DNA of 30,356 nucleotides from Candidatus Microgenomates bacterium (GCA_015491205.1 WFWI01000077.1:1-30356); one strand, 5' to 3'; positions 16,961-24,385 are shown, numbered from the stretch's first letter. The notes: a model not told the origin generated them from the letters alone. Numbers and translations: made by a program.

Positions 16961-17981
16961 AAAAATTTACATATTTGATCCAACTGTAAAAGATAAGCTT
17001 TCAAAAACACGTGGTCTGGGCAGGTATACCAGGCTTTTAACCAAAGCCTTGCCTGAAGCTGAAGTTGTCAGCTCGCCAAAGGAAGCTGAAAAAGACAGCC
17101 TTCTTATCTTCCCCTATCTTGACCCTTTAAAAGCACCCCAGCTTCCTCCAAAGCAAACCTTTAATATTGCTGTAATTCACGATGTGATCAAACTAAAGTA
17201 CGAAGATAAATTCCCAAAAGGCCTAAAATCCCGCGTTTTTCTTTTTTTAAACAAATTTGCCTTAAATGGGTTTAACTTTTTCATCACTGATGCTAAAGCC
17301 ACAATTAAAGACCTTGAAAAATATTTGGGGATAAAAAGGAAGAAAATTACAGCAATCCACCCGCCAGTTGATGAGATATTTTTTGAAAGTAAAAAGCCAA
17401 CCCAACTTTCCTCAAACCTACCTCAAAAGTTCTGTCTTTATGTAGGGGATGCCACCTGGAATAAAAACCTGGTGAACCTTGCCAAAGCTATAAAGCTTGC
17501 TAACATAACCTGTCTGTTTGTAGGAAAGATTTGGGAAAGAGCAAAGGAGAAAGGTTTTGAGAAGGGGCTATCCCACCCTGAGCTCTTGCCTTTAAAGGAA
17601 TTTTTAAGGCTTGCAAAAGACGACAAGCGCTTTGTTTTTTTAGGCTATGTAAACGATTCAATCTTAAAAACCCTTTATCAGACTGCCCGAGCAAATATTC
17701 TGGTTTCCTTTGACGAGGGTTTTGGCTATTCGCCTTTGGAAGCAGGAGCGTGCAGTACTCCCTCAGTTGTTTCAGATATTCCTGTATTCAGAGAAACCCT
17801 TGGGAATGCTGCGCTTTTTGTCAATCCAAATGATCCTTATGAGATTGCAAACAACATTGGCGAGCTTTATTTTAAAGACGAGCTTCGGGAGAATTTGGGA
17901 AAAAAAGCTAAAAAAAGAGCAAATGAATTTACTTTAAAAAAATTTCAAAAAAACCTGTTAGAATTTTTAAGAGCCTTATGA
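16950..17981 (+). CDS. Glycosyltransferase family 4 (GT-B)
   Basis: VIHDVI, LYVGD..WNKNL, EGFGYSPLEAGACSTPSVVSDIPVFRE (EX7E motif). Confidence 0.92.
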   Translation: MRFKKIYIFDPTVKDKLSKTRGLGRYTRLLTKALPEAEVVSSPKEAEKDSLLIFPYLDPLKAPQLPPKQTFNIAVIHDVIKLKYEDKFPKGLKSRVFLFLNKFALNGFNFFITDAKATIKDLEKYLGIKRKKITAIHPPVDEIFFESKKPTQLSSNLPQKFCLYVGDATWNKNLVNLAKAIKLANITCLFVGKIWERAKEKGFEKGLSHPELLPLKEFLRLAKDDKRFVFLGYVNDSILKTLYQTARANILVSFDEGFGYSPLEAGACSTPSVVSDIPVFRETLGNAALFVNPNDPYEIANNIGELYFKDELRENLGKKAKKRANEFTLKKFQKNLLEFLRAL

Positions 17982-18427
17982 AAATCTACCTTGGCGCAGA
18001 TCACAGGGGCTTTGAGTTGAAGGAATTTTTGAAAAAAAAGCTTAAAAGGATGGGTTTTGAGGTAGAAGATTTGGGAAATTTAAAGTATGATCCTTTGGAC
18101 GATTTCCCAGATTTTGCCTTTCCTGTGGCGCTGAAAGTGGCAGAGGATGGGCGCTCGCTTGGAATTTTGCTTTGTGGCTCAGGAATTGGAGTCTCAATTG
18201 CGGCAAACAGAGTGAAGAGCGTGCGCGCCTGCCTGGGATTTGACAAAGATCAGGTAGAAAAAGGTAGACAACACGACCATTGTAACATCCTCTGTCTTCC
18301 AGCGGATTATATCGATAAAGAGTCCGCCCTTGAGCTTGTCAAAACCTTCCTCTCAACAGAGCCGATGAATAAAGAAAAGTATTTAAGAAGAATCAAAAAG
18401 TTAGACTCAAATATCTTCTCCTCCTAA
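17978..18427 (+). CDS. rpiB: Ribose-5-phosphate isomerase B (RpiB/LacAB family)
   Basis: GADHRG, CGSGIGVSIAANRV, RQHDHCNILCL. Confidence 0.92.
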   Translation: MKIYLGADHRGFELKEFLKKKLKRMGFEVEDLGNLKYDPLDDFPDFAFPVALKVAEDGRSLGILLCGSGIGVSIAANRVKSVRACLGFDKDQVEKGRQHDHCNILCLPADYIDKESALELVKTFLSTEPMNKEKYLRRIKKLDSNIFSS

Positions 18428-18449
18428 AAATACTCCAGATCTCATTCTG

Positions 18450-18478
18450 TTGACAACAAACTTTGTCTTAGGTATTAT
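18450..18478 (+). promoter_or_regulatory. sigma70 promoter
   Basis: TTGACA (18450-18455)-N17-TATTAT (18473-18478). Confidence 0.7.
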
Positions 18479-18514
18479 TTTTGTAGCAACAACAGTTTAT
18501 CTAAGAACCAAAAT

Positions 18515-18658
18515 ATGAATCCCTCTCCAATCTATGAAAGGCTGCTGACAGTGCAAGTCGTTGTACTTCTTACTTTAATTACTATTTTCCTCCTCTACAT
18601 CATTTATTTGCTGGAAAGAAATCAGAAAAAGAAAGTTTTGCTTAAGAAAAAAATATGA
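18515..18658 (+). CDS. Small single-pass membrane protein (47 aa)
   Basis: Not in ORF track. MNPSPIYERLLTVQVVVLLTLITIFLLYIIYLLERNQKKKVLLKKKI; one TM plus basic tail; downstream of a strong promoter; ATGA overlap with the next start. Confidence 0.65.
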   Translation: MNPSPIYERLLTVQVVVLLTLITIFLLYIIYLLERNQKKKVLLKKKI

Positions 18659-19196
18659 CAGACAATATACCTGAAGAGCCACACACACTAATAAAGAGCA
18701 AATAGTCCAGAAATCTAATCTACTAAGATTTTTTCTTAATCCCCCGTCAGATTTTGCAGCATATAAAGCATATGCCTTGTTCGCTCACCAAGAAGATCTT
18801 AAAGGAATTGATAAAGAGACTCTTCAACAATTAATTACCCTATCATCAGCTGCAACCACCTATGGAGCTCTATTTGGAATATTTGACACTACTAGAGCAC
18901 CGATAGAAAGCATCAAAGGTCTCGCACATTCAATTTTGTTAATAGGAACTAAATTAACTAGTTTTGAAGAAATAGAAACAATCCTACCTGATCTTACATC
19001 CGCCCTTAAAGATCAATTTAATCACCTTTTCCTCACTCCATCCGAGCAATTCCAAAGAAGCAATAAAAAAAGAGATGTAATACAACAATGGATTAGAGCG
19101 ACTTTATGGTTAGGCTCACTTTATCGAGAAGAAGAGCCTGATTTGGGAGCATTTAAAGATTTTATCCAAAACGAACTAGACCTTGATGGTTTATAA
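18655..19196 (+). pseudogene. Hypothetical gene split by a frameshift at an (AC)4 tract (phase-variable, pseudogene or assembly error)
   Basis: ATG 18655 frame stops at 18703-18705; a second frame is open from 18675 to 19196 with no ATG/GTG/TTG before 18777; deleting one AC unit at 18681-18688 joins them into 179 aa. Confidence 0.55.
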
Positions 19197-19233
19197 GCAA
19201 ACCTTACTTTCTCTAACAAACTCAAAATGTTAG

Positions 19234-19261
19234 ATACTAGCTACTAACTACCAGCTACCAA
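19234..19261. repeat. Heptamer array (CTACYAR-type) x4
   Basis: ATACTAG CTACTAA CTACCAG CTACCAA just after the ychF stop codon. Confidence 0.55.
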
Positions 19262-19264
19262 TCC

Positions 19265-20311
19265 TCACTTCCCCACCTTCACCTCTATCACATCTCCCTC
19301 CTCAACAACATAATCCCTTCCCACAACCTTAACCTTCCCTTTTTCAACAGCCTTTTGGAAGGGTCCAATATTGAAGAGCTCTGAAGCTTTAATAACAAAG
19401 GCTTTGACAAAGTGCTTTTGAAAATCAGAGTGAATCTTTCCAGCTGCCTCCCAAATGGTTGTGCCTTCCTCCACACTCCAGGCTCTTGCCTCCCTGCCTT
19501 TGGCAACTGTGTAGAAAGTAATAAGGCCCAGCCGCTCGTAGCAAATCCTTATCAATTTTCTTTTTGCACTCTCCTTTAAACCCACCTCCTTCATAAACGC
19601 CCTCTTTTCTGTCCAAGGCAGGGCAGAAAGCTCTGCCTCAAGCCGAGCACAAACTGGAATAACTTCTTCCCCATTTACCCTTCCCAAATCCTTTCCAATA
19701 TCCTCCTCTCCTATATTGCCCACCACCACCTGGGGCTTTAAGGTCAAAAGGAAAAGGGCCTTAACCCACTCCCTCTCCTTTTCAGAAAAAGGATAATCTC
19801 GGGCAAACTTGCCTTTATCTAAATATCCAAGAAGCTTTTTTAAAAACTCCTTCTCCTCAGGAGCCACTCTTTTCCGCTTCATCCTTCTTTCTATTGTCTC
19901 CATGTCCTTTAAAATAAGCTCTTGGTTTACAATGGCATAATCTTCCTCTGGATCTATTTTTGGATGAACATGAGGCACCCTTTCATCTTTAAAATATCGC
20001 AAAACATGAAGGATAAGGTCAACCTCTTTTATGTGCCCCAAAAACTCGTTTCCCAAACCCTCGCCCTGATGGGCTCCTTTTATAAGCCCTGCAATATCAA
20101 CAAATTCAACCTGGGCATAAGTTACTTTCCCAATGTTGTGAAGCTTGGCAAGCTCAACCAAAGTTTCATCCGGCACGTTTACAACGCCAGCATTCTTTTC
20201 AATTGTAGTAAAAGGCCGCGGCTCAGTACGAGCTTGTGGCTTTTCAACCAAGGCATTGAAAAGCGTTGATTTTCCAGCGTTGGGAAGGCCAACTATTCCG
20301 ATTTTCAACAT
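19265..20311 (-). CDS. ychF: Redox-regulated ATPase YchF (Obg family)
   Basis: GIVGLPNAGKSTLFN, PFTTIE, DIAGL..GA..GEGLGNEFL, LITFYT, AAGKIHSDF, TGS tail GRDYVVEEGDVI. Confidence 0.95.
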   Translation of the reverse strand: MLKIGIVGLPNAGKSTLFNALVEKPQARTEPRPFTTIEKNAGVVNVPDETLVELAKLHNIGKVTYAQVEFVDIAGLIKGAHQGEGLGNEFLGHIKEVDLILHVLRYFKDERVPHVHPKIDPEEDYAIVNQELILKDMETIERRMKRKRVAPEEKEFLKKLLGYLDKGKFARDYPFSEKEREWVKALFLLTLKPQVVVGNIGEEDIGKDLGRVNGEEVIPVCARLEAELSALPWTEKRAFMKEVGLKESAKRKLIRICYERLGLITFYTVAKGREARAWSVEEGTTIWEAAGKIHSDFQKHFVKAFVIKASELFNIGPFQKAVEKGKVKVVGRDYVVEEGDVIEVKVGK

Positions 20312-20323
20312 GCAATTATTATA

Positions 20324-20992
20324 CTATTTTCTCTTTCCCAAAGAATAGGCTGCATAATCGCCGTAAGGATTCTCCAAAGTCAGCATCTCATCAATTGAAA
20401 GATTTTCAAAATACATTCTAATAAGCCTTACAGTGTTGTTTGTGCCACAATAGGCAACGTTTATCCCCTCCTTTTTCATCTTCTCCTCAAGCCATTTGCA
20501 AAAAGGCTCTATCCTTGATTCCCAAACCTGTTTTAAGCTCTCCCCTCCAGGCGGTGGAACATCCCAGGACCTGCGCCACAAGATTGCTTTTTCAGGATAA
20601 AGCTTCATGATTTTAAGCTTGCTTTTGCCTGTTAAATTCCCATAGTCCCTCTCAACCAGCTCTTTTTTTTGGATGTAAGGCACATTAGGGAAATACTTGC
20701 GTAAAGGCTCCAATGTCTGTTTGCAGCGCTTAAGAGGGGGGCTTATAAAAAGGTCTATTTTTTTGTTTTTAAGTTTTTCTGCTAATTCTTTTGCCTGTTT
20801 CCAGCCCTCTGGAGTAAGTCGTGTCTGTCTTCTGCCGGAAAAAATCCTTCTTATATTGTCATAAGTTTGTGCGTGGCGGAAGAGGTAGAGGATAGGAGGG
20901 TTAGACTCATCCTTAGGCATAGGTTTTGCTGATTTTCCAGGATTTTGGAGCGAGCTTAAAGCGGCTTGTTTAAGCTTTTCTATATCTGTCAT
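20324..20992 (-). CDS. Histidine phosphatase family, 2,3-BPG-dependent phosphoglycerate mutase-like
   Basis: LFRHAQT (RHG-like), LVERDYGNLTG, WRRSWDVPPPGGESL as in dPGMs; second catalytic His appears absent. Confidence 0.75.
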   Translation of the reverse strand: MTDIEKLKQAALSSLQNPGKSAKPMPKDESNPPILYLFRHAQTYDNIRRIFSGRRQTRLTPEGWKQAKELAEKLKNKKIDLFISPPLKRCKQTLEPLRKYFPNVPYIQKKELVERDYGNLTGKSKLKIMKLYPEKAILWRRSWDVPPPGGESLKQVWESRIEPFCKWLEEKMKKEGINVAYCGTNNTVRLIRMYFENLSIDEMLTLENPYGDYAAYSLGKRK

Positions 20993-21014
20993 GGATTAAT
21001 TTTACAACATAAAG

Positions 21015-21179
21015 TTAAGCATGGCGAGATAATAAATTTTTCAATTTAGATATATCATTTATCAATTGTCCTCCTTTGGCCTCTTCTACTAAACGCAAAA
21101 TTTCTTTTTTTTGTAGAGGCTTTTTGAGTTTTATAACTGGTCTTAGTTTTGAAAAAATCGAGTCTTTTTGAGCGGGCAT
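21015..21179 (-). CDS. Small ORF (54 aa) resembling the C-terminal half of the neighbouring Phd antitoxin
   Basis: Not in ORF track. MPAQKDSIFSKLRPVIKLKKPLQKKEILRLVEEAKGGQLINDISKLKNLLSRHA; ATG 3 nt after the NUDIX stop. Confidence 0.45.
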   Translation of the reverse strand: MPAQKDSIFSKLRPVIKLKKPLQKKEILRLVEEAKGGQLINDISKLKNLLSRHA

Positions 21180-21182
21180 ATC

Positions 21183-21644
21183 CTACATTATATTAAAATA
21201 TAGTAATGCTTTTATCAAAGATTGTTTGCAAATGTAAGAGAGATTTCTCTCTTCATCGATTTTTAAAAAAGGAAGTAAAAAGATACTCTCTCCTTCTCTT
21301 AATTTGAGATTGTTTGTAGGAAGGGGAACGGTGTATACATAGACTACAACTTCAACTCTTTCTTTTCCTTCAATTTTTGTGGTTTTCCAAAGGAGTTTTA
21401 AAAACGATGCTTCAAGATTGACAGAAAGCTCTTCTTTGAGTTCTCTTAAAGCGCATTGCAAGGAGTGTTCTTTTGGAAAACAAGTTCCTCCAAATAAAGT
21501 AATTTTTCCAGGATTTGTTATGTCAGGAATATTTTCTCTTTTTTGGAGAATAAATTTCTTCTCAGGCGTAAACAAAACTACCCCCGCATATTTTCTTGCA
21601 GGAGTTTTGCTTGAGAGAGTTTGATTTGGTATTCTGGCACTCAC
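21183..21644 (-). CDS. NUDIX hydrolase
   Basis: Nudix box G-TCFPK-E-HSLQCAL-RELKEEL; GTG start overlaps the toxin stop (GTGA). Confidence 0.85.
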   Translation of the reverse strand: MSARIPNQTLSSKTPARKYAGVVLFTPEKKFILQKRENIPDITNPGKITLFGGTCFPKEHSLQCALRELKEELSVNLEASFLKLLWKTTKIEGKERVEVVVYVYTVPLPTNNLKLREGESIFLLPFLKIDEERNLSYICKQSLIKALLYFNIM

Positions 21645-22081
21645 CTTATAATTTTCACAAATTTTTGCAGTTTTTGCTTCTCGAAATCTTTGTCTAAGGT
21701 AAGTAAATATCTTATTTTGTTATCCAGCATTGTCTTTAAATGTATTGCATCACGCGGCTTCAGTCTAAATCTTTTCATCAAATCTATTATTTCCTGAGGA
21801 ACAAATGGATTCCATTGAGGCTGGATATAATAAAAAGGAAGAGTAGTAATTTGTTCAATAAATTTGCTTACTAGAAATCTGTTTTTACTTACCGACTGGT
21901 ATTTTTGTAAGTGGAAAATAGTTTCGTCAAAAGTTAAAATTGAAATGCAAGGATACAAATTCTTTTCTATGGCTTTTTTGTTTATCTCCTGTGCTTTTTT
22001 ATTTAGGGGATGACTTTCTACTAAAAGTGAGATAAGGAAACTGCTGTCTAAATAAACAAGTTTGTCACTATCTTTTATCAT
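21641..22081 (-). CDS. vapC: PIN-domain type II toxin (VapC family)
   Basis: VYLDSSFLI, TFDE, LKPRDAIHL, LLTLDKDF acidic PIN residues. Confidence 0.9.
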   Translation of the reverse strand: MIKDSDKLVYLDSSFLISLLVESHPLNKKAQEINKKAIEKNLYPCISILTFDETIFHLQKYQSVSKNRFLVSKFIEQITTLPFYYIQPQWNPFVPQEIIDLMKRFRLKPRDAIHLKTMLDNKIRYLLTLDKDFEKQKLQKFVKIIR

Positions 22082-22353
22082 AACTGTATCTTTTTATAAT
22101 GATACTCCTTTGCTTCTCTGAATTCTTTTTGAGCCTCTTCTTTAGAGATTTTTCTACCAAGTTTGAAAATTGGTTTAAGAAACTTAAGCGGGTTTACCTG
22201 TCTTTCCTTATCCTTTGGTTTATATTGAGAAATTCTTATTACCGGCTTCTTACGCTTTAGGACAATATACTCACTTTCATCAGTAGTAATTTTTCTAATA
22301 ATTTCAAAAAGGTTTTGTCTAAGCTCTGTAGCAGAAATGTACATTTGTTTCAT
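22078..22353 (-). CDS. Phd/YefM-family antitoxin
   Basis: YISATELRQNLFEIIRKI...YIVLKRKKPVIRI; ATGA overlap with the toxin. Confidence 0.85.
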   Translation of the reverse strand: MKQMYISATELRQNLFEIIRKITTDESEYIVLKRKKPVIRISQYKPKDKERQVNPLKFLKPIFKLGRKISKEEAQKEFREAKEYHYKKIQL

Positions 22354-22391
22354 AATATGTACATTATATAGAGGATTTTGGATTATTTCAA
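22335..22391 (-). promoter_or_regulatory. TA promoter with two TGTACA operator palindromes
   Basis: TTGAAA (22391..22386)-N17-TATAAT (22368..22363); palindromes AAATGTACATTT (22335-22346) and ATGTACAT (22357-22364), centres 20 bp apart. Confidence 0.75.
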
Positions 22392-23675
22392 CTCTAAACT
22401 GTAAATCTCCAGCAGGCGGTTGTATTTTGCGGTTCTTTCGGACCTGCAGGTTGAGCCGGTTTTTATGAAATCAGCTCCGCAGGCTACGGATAAGTCTGCT
22501 ATAAAAGGATCTTCTGTTTCTCCTGAGCGGTGGGAAATCACGACTTTAAACCCTGCTTTGCGGGCCATTTTTATTGCTTGAACAGTTTCAAAAAGTGACC
22601 CAATCTGATTTACTTTGATAAGAATTGCATTTGTAGCTTTTTCTTTTATTCCCTTTTCCAAGCGCTTTGGGTTGGTTACATAAAGGTCATCTCCGATAAT
22701 GAGCTTTTCTGGAAATTTTTTTGTGAACTTTGCAAAACTTTCCCAGTCATCTTCAGCAAAAGGGTCTTCAAAAGAGTAAATTTTGTATTTTTCGATAAGC
22801 TGACTGTAGAAGTTAATAAGCTCCTCTGGAGAAAAGGTTTTACCTTCTTTTTTAAGCTCGTATATAAAGGTATTAACCTCGGAGGTTTCTTTGTCAACCT
22901 CCGAGGTTTTTTTTACAATTAGAACTTCAGTTGCAGCTGCGTCTATTCCAAGCTCAAAATCTTTTCCATTTTCGTACCCCATTTTTTTAGCTGAATCCAA
23001 AATTAATTTGAAAGGTGCTTCATTGTCCTCAAGCTCAGGAGAATAACCTCCTTCATCTCCCACCAAGGTTGACAGCCCCATTTTTTTCAATTCCTTTCCA
23101 ATCTGATGAAAAATTTCAGAAGCAATTCTTATATTCTCAGCAATTGAGTCCTTTTTTGGAATAATAAGATACTCTTGAAAATCAAAACGGAAGTTCGCAT
23201 GTGCGCCTCCGTTTATCACATTTACCATTGGCCTTGGAAAGGCAGGAGAAGAGATATCATCAAAATAATACTCATTTAAAACTTTCCACAAAGGTCTATT
23301 TACATAGTTTGTTAAAGCTCTTGCACAGGCTAAAGAAACTGAGAGAATTGCGTTTGCCCCCAAATTAGATTTATTTTCAGTTCCATCAAGCTCCAAGATC
23401 TTTTTGTCAATTTCTTGTAGATTTTCAATATTAAAACCTTTTAAAACTGGAGCAATTTTTTCATTAACATTTGAAACTGCCTTCAAAACTCCTTTTCCGT
23501 GAAAACGGGAAGGGTCGTTGTCCCTTAACTCCAAAGCCTCATGAGAGCCAGTTGAAGCGCCTGAAGGAACAGAGGCTTTAGCAACTGCCCCATCCTCAAG
23601 CTCTACAAAAGCTCTTACAGTTGGATTCCCCCTTGAATCCAAAACCTCAATGGCAAAAATGTTTTTTATCTTCAT
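22383..23675 (-). CDS. eno: Enolase (phosphopyruvate hydratase) with a loop insertion
   Basis: DSRGNPTV, VPSGASTG, NVINGGAHA, GDEGG, EDP, IIGDDL, ILIKVNQIG, SHRSGETED, IKTG...RSER..KYNRLL. Confidence 0.97.
   Translation of the reverse strand: MKIKNIFAIEVLDSRGNPTVRAFVELEDGAVAKASVPSGASTGSHEALELRDNDPSRFHGKGVLKAVSNVNEKIAPVLKGFNIENLQEIDKKILELDGTENKSNLGANAILSVSLACARALTNYVNRPLWKVLNEYYFDDISSPAFPRPMVNVINGGAHANFRFDFQEYLIIPKKDSIAENIRIASEIFHQIGKELKKMGLSTLVGDEGGYSPELEDNEAPFKLILDSAKKMGYENGKDFELGIDAAATEVLIVKKTSEVDKETSEVNTFIYELKKEGKTFSPEELINFYSQLIEKYKIYSFEDPFAEDDWESFAKFTKKFPEKLIIGDDLYVTNPKRLEKGIKEKATNAILIKVNQIGSLFETVQAIKMARKAGFKVVISHRSGETEDPFIADLSVACGADFIKTGSTCRSERTAKYNRLLEIYSLELK
22875..22908. repeat. Pair of 13-bp palindromes inside eno
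   Basis: AACCTCGGAGGTT-tctttgtc-AACCTCCGAGGTT; each is 6-1-6 palindromic and the two are reverse complements; encodes KTSEVDKETSEVN. Confidence 0.8.
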
Positions 23676-23686
23676 AAGGTTTTATT

Positions 23687-23950
23687 TTAATACACCTCAT
23701 CGTGTTTGCCTATGTCTATTATAAAAATATCCTTTCCTTTGAATTGAAAAATTATACGCAAGTCCATTGTCACGCTTATACTCCAAGCTGTTTTTCTCTT
23801 TCCGGAAAGTTTATGTAATCGAAGGGAAGGATGAACAGGGTCTTTTTCAAGAAGTTGCAAAGCTTTTTTAATTTTTACTTTTAAAATATGATTTTTGTTG
23901 CCCAGTTTTTGATATTTTCTAAAGCTTTGTTTATCAAAGTATATTTTCAT
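23687..23950 (-). CDS. RelE/ParE-superfamily type II toxin (YoeB/YafQ-like mRNA interferase)
   Basis: 87 aa basic protein; HPSLRLHKLSG, WSISVTMDLRIIF, IIDIGKHDEVY. Confidence 0.85.
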   Translation of the reverse strand: MKIYFDKQSFRKYQKLGNKNHILKVKIKKALQLLEKDPVHPSLRLHKLSGKRKTAWSISVTMDLRIIFQFKGKDIFIIDIGKHDEVY

Positions 23951-24192
23951 TAAAGACTGTCAATATTTTTTATTTCAATTACTTCTCCTTCTTCAAAGGC
24001 TTTTTCTGCCTCTTCTACTCGTTTTTCCAACCTTTCGGACATTGGAAGAGTTGGACCCCCGATTTTCAACAAAAACTCCCTTAAGGCTGTTCTTATAACT
24101 TCGCTTACAGAAGAAAAGTATCCTTTTTCAACCTGTAATCGAACCTCTCTTAAAAGTCTATCTGGAATCGATACATTTATTGTCTGATTCAT
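23950..24192 (-). CDS. Ribbon-helix-helix (CopG/Arc/MetJ) antitoxin
   Basis: INVSIP beta strand and GYFSSVSEVIRTALREF helices; acidic tail; stop overlaps the toxin ATG. Start set at ATG 24192. Confidence 0.85.
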   Translation of the reverse strand: MNQTINVSIPDRLLREVRLQVEKGYFSSVSEVIRTALREFLLKIGGPTLPMSERLEKRVEEAEKAFEEGEVIEIKNIDSL

Positions 24193-24229
24193 ATACAAAA
24201 ATGATACAATAAAATTTCTTTTGTGTCAA
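24193..24229 (-). promoter_or_regulatory. sigma70 promoter of the RHH-RelE module with TTGTAT direct repeats
   Basis: TTGACA (24229..24224)-N17-TATCAT (24206..24201); TTGTAT at 24209..24204 and 24198..24193. Confidence 0.65.
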
Positions 24230-24281
24230 GAGATGGAGAGGAGGGAGGAGGTTAAAAGGTTGGAAGGTGAAGGGATTCCAA

Positions 24282-24341
24282 TTCGAACCTGCGGGGTTAG
24301 AAATGGAGCGTTAGGACCTTCTGTTTCTAACCTGCGGGGTT
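24282..24341. repeat. REP-like doublet TTC(G/T)AACCTGCGGGGTT
   Basis: Two 17-mers (24282-24298, 24325-24341), 16/17 identical; GGTTAGAAA (24295-24303) can pair with TTTCTAACC (24324-24332). Confidence 0.65.
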
Positions 24342-24355
24342 CTCGAATAAGTTGG

Positions 24356-24385
24356 TTGACGCGCTAAGGAGGTTTTTGATATATT
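24356..24385 (+). promoter_or_regulatory. sigma70 promoter with extended -10
   Basis: TTGACG (24356-24361)-N18-TATATT (24380-24385), preceded by TG-A; 6 nt before ATG 24392. Confidence 0.55.

Noticed and set aside
24270-24320. GGTTCGAAT on the minus strand resembling a tRNA T-loop
   Set aside because: No paired T-stem, D-arm or acceptor stem; better explained as part of the palindromic repeat.
24282-24341. Possible CRISPR mini-array (repeat-spacer-repeat)
   Set aside because: Only two 17-bp units, too short, and no cas genes in the window.
24366-24372. AAGGAGG as Shine-Dalgarno of the 24392 gene
   Set aside because: 19 nt from the ATG and inside the -35/-10 spacer, so probably not transcribed.
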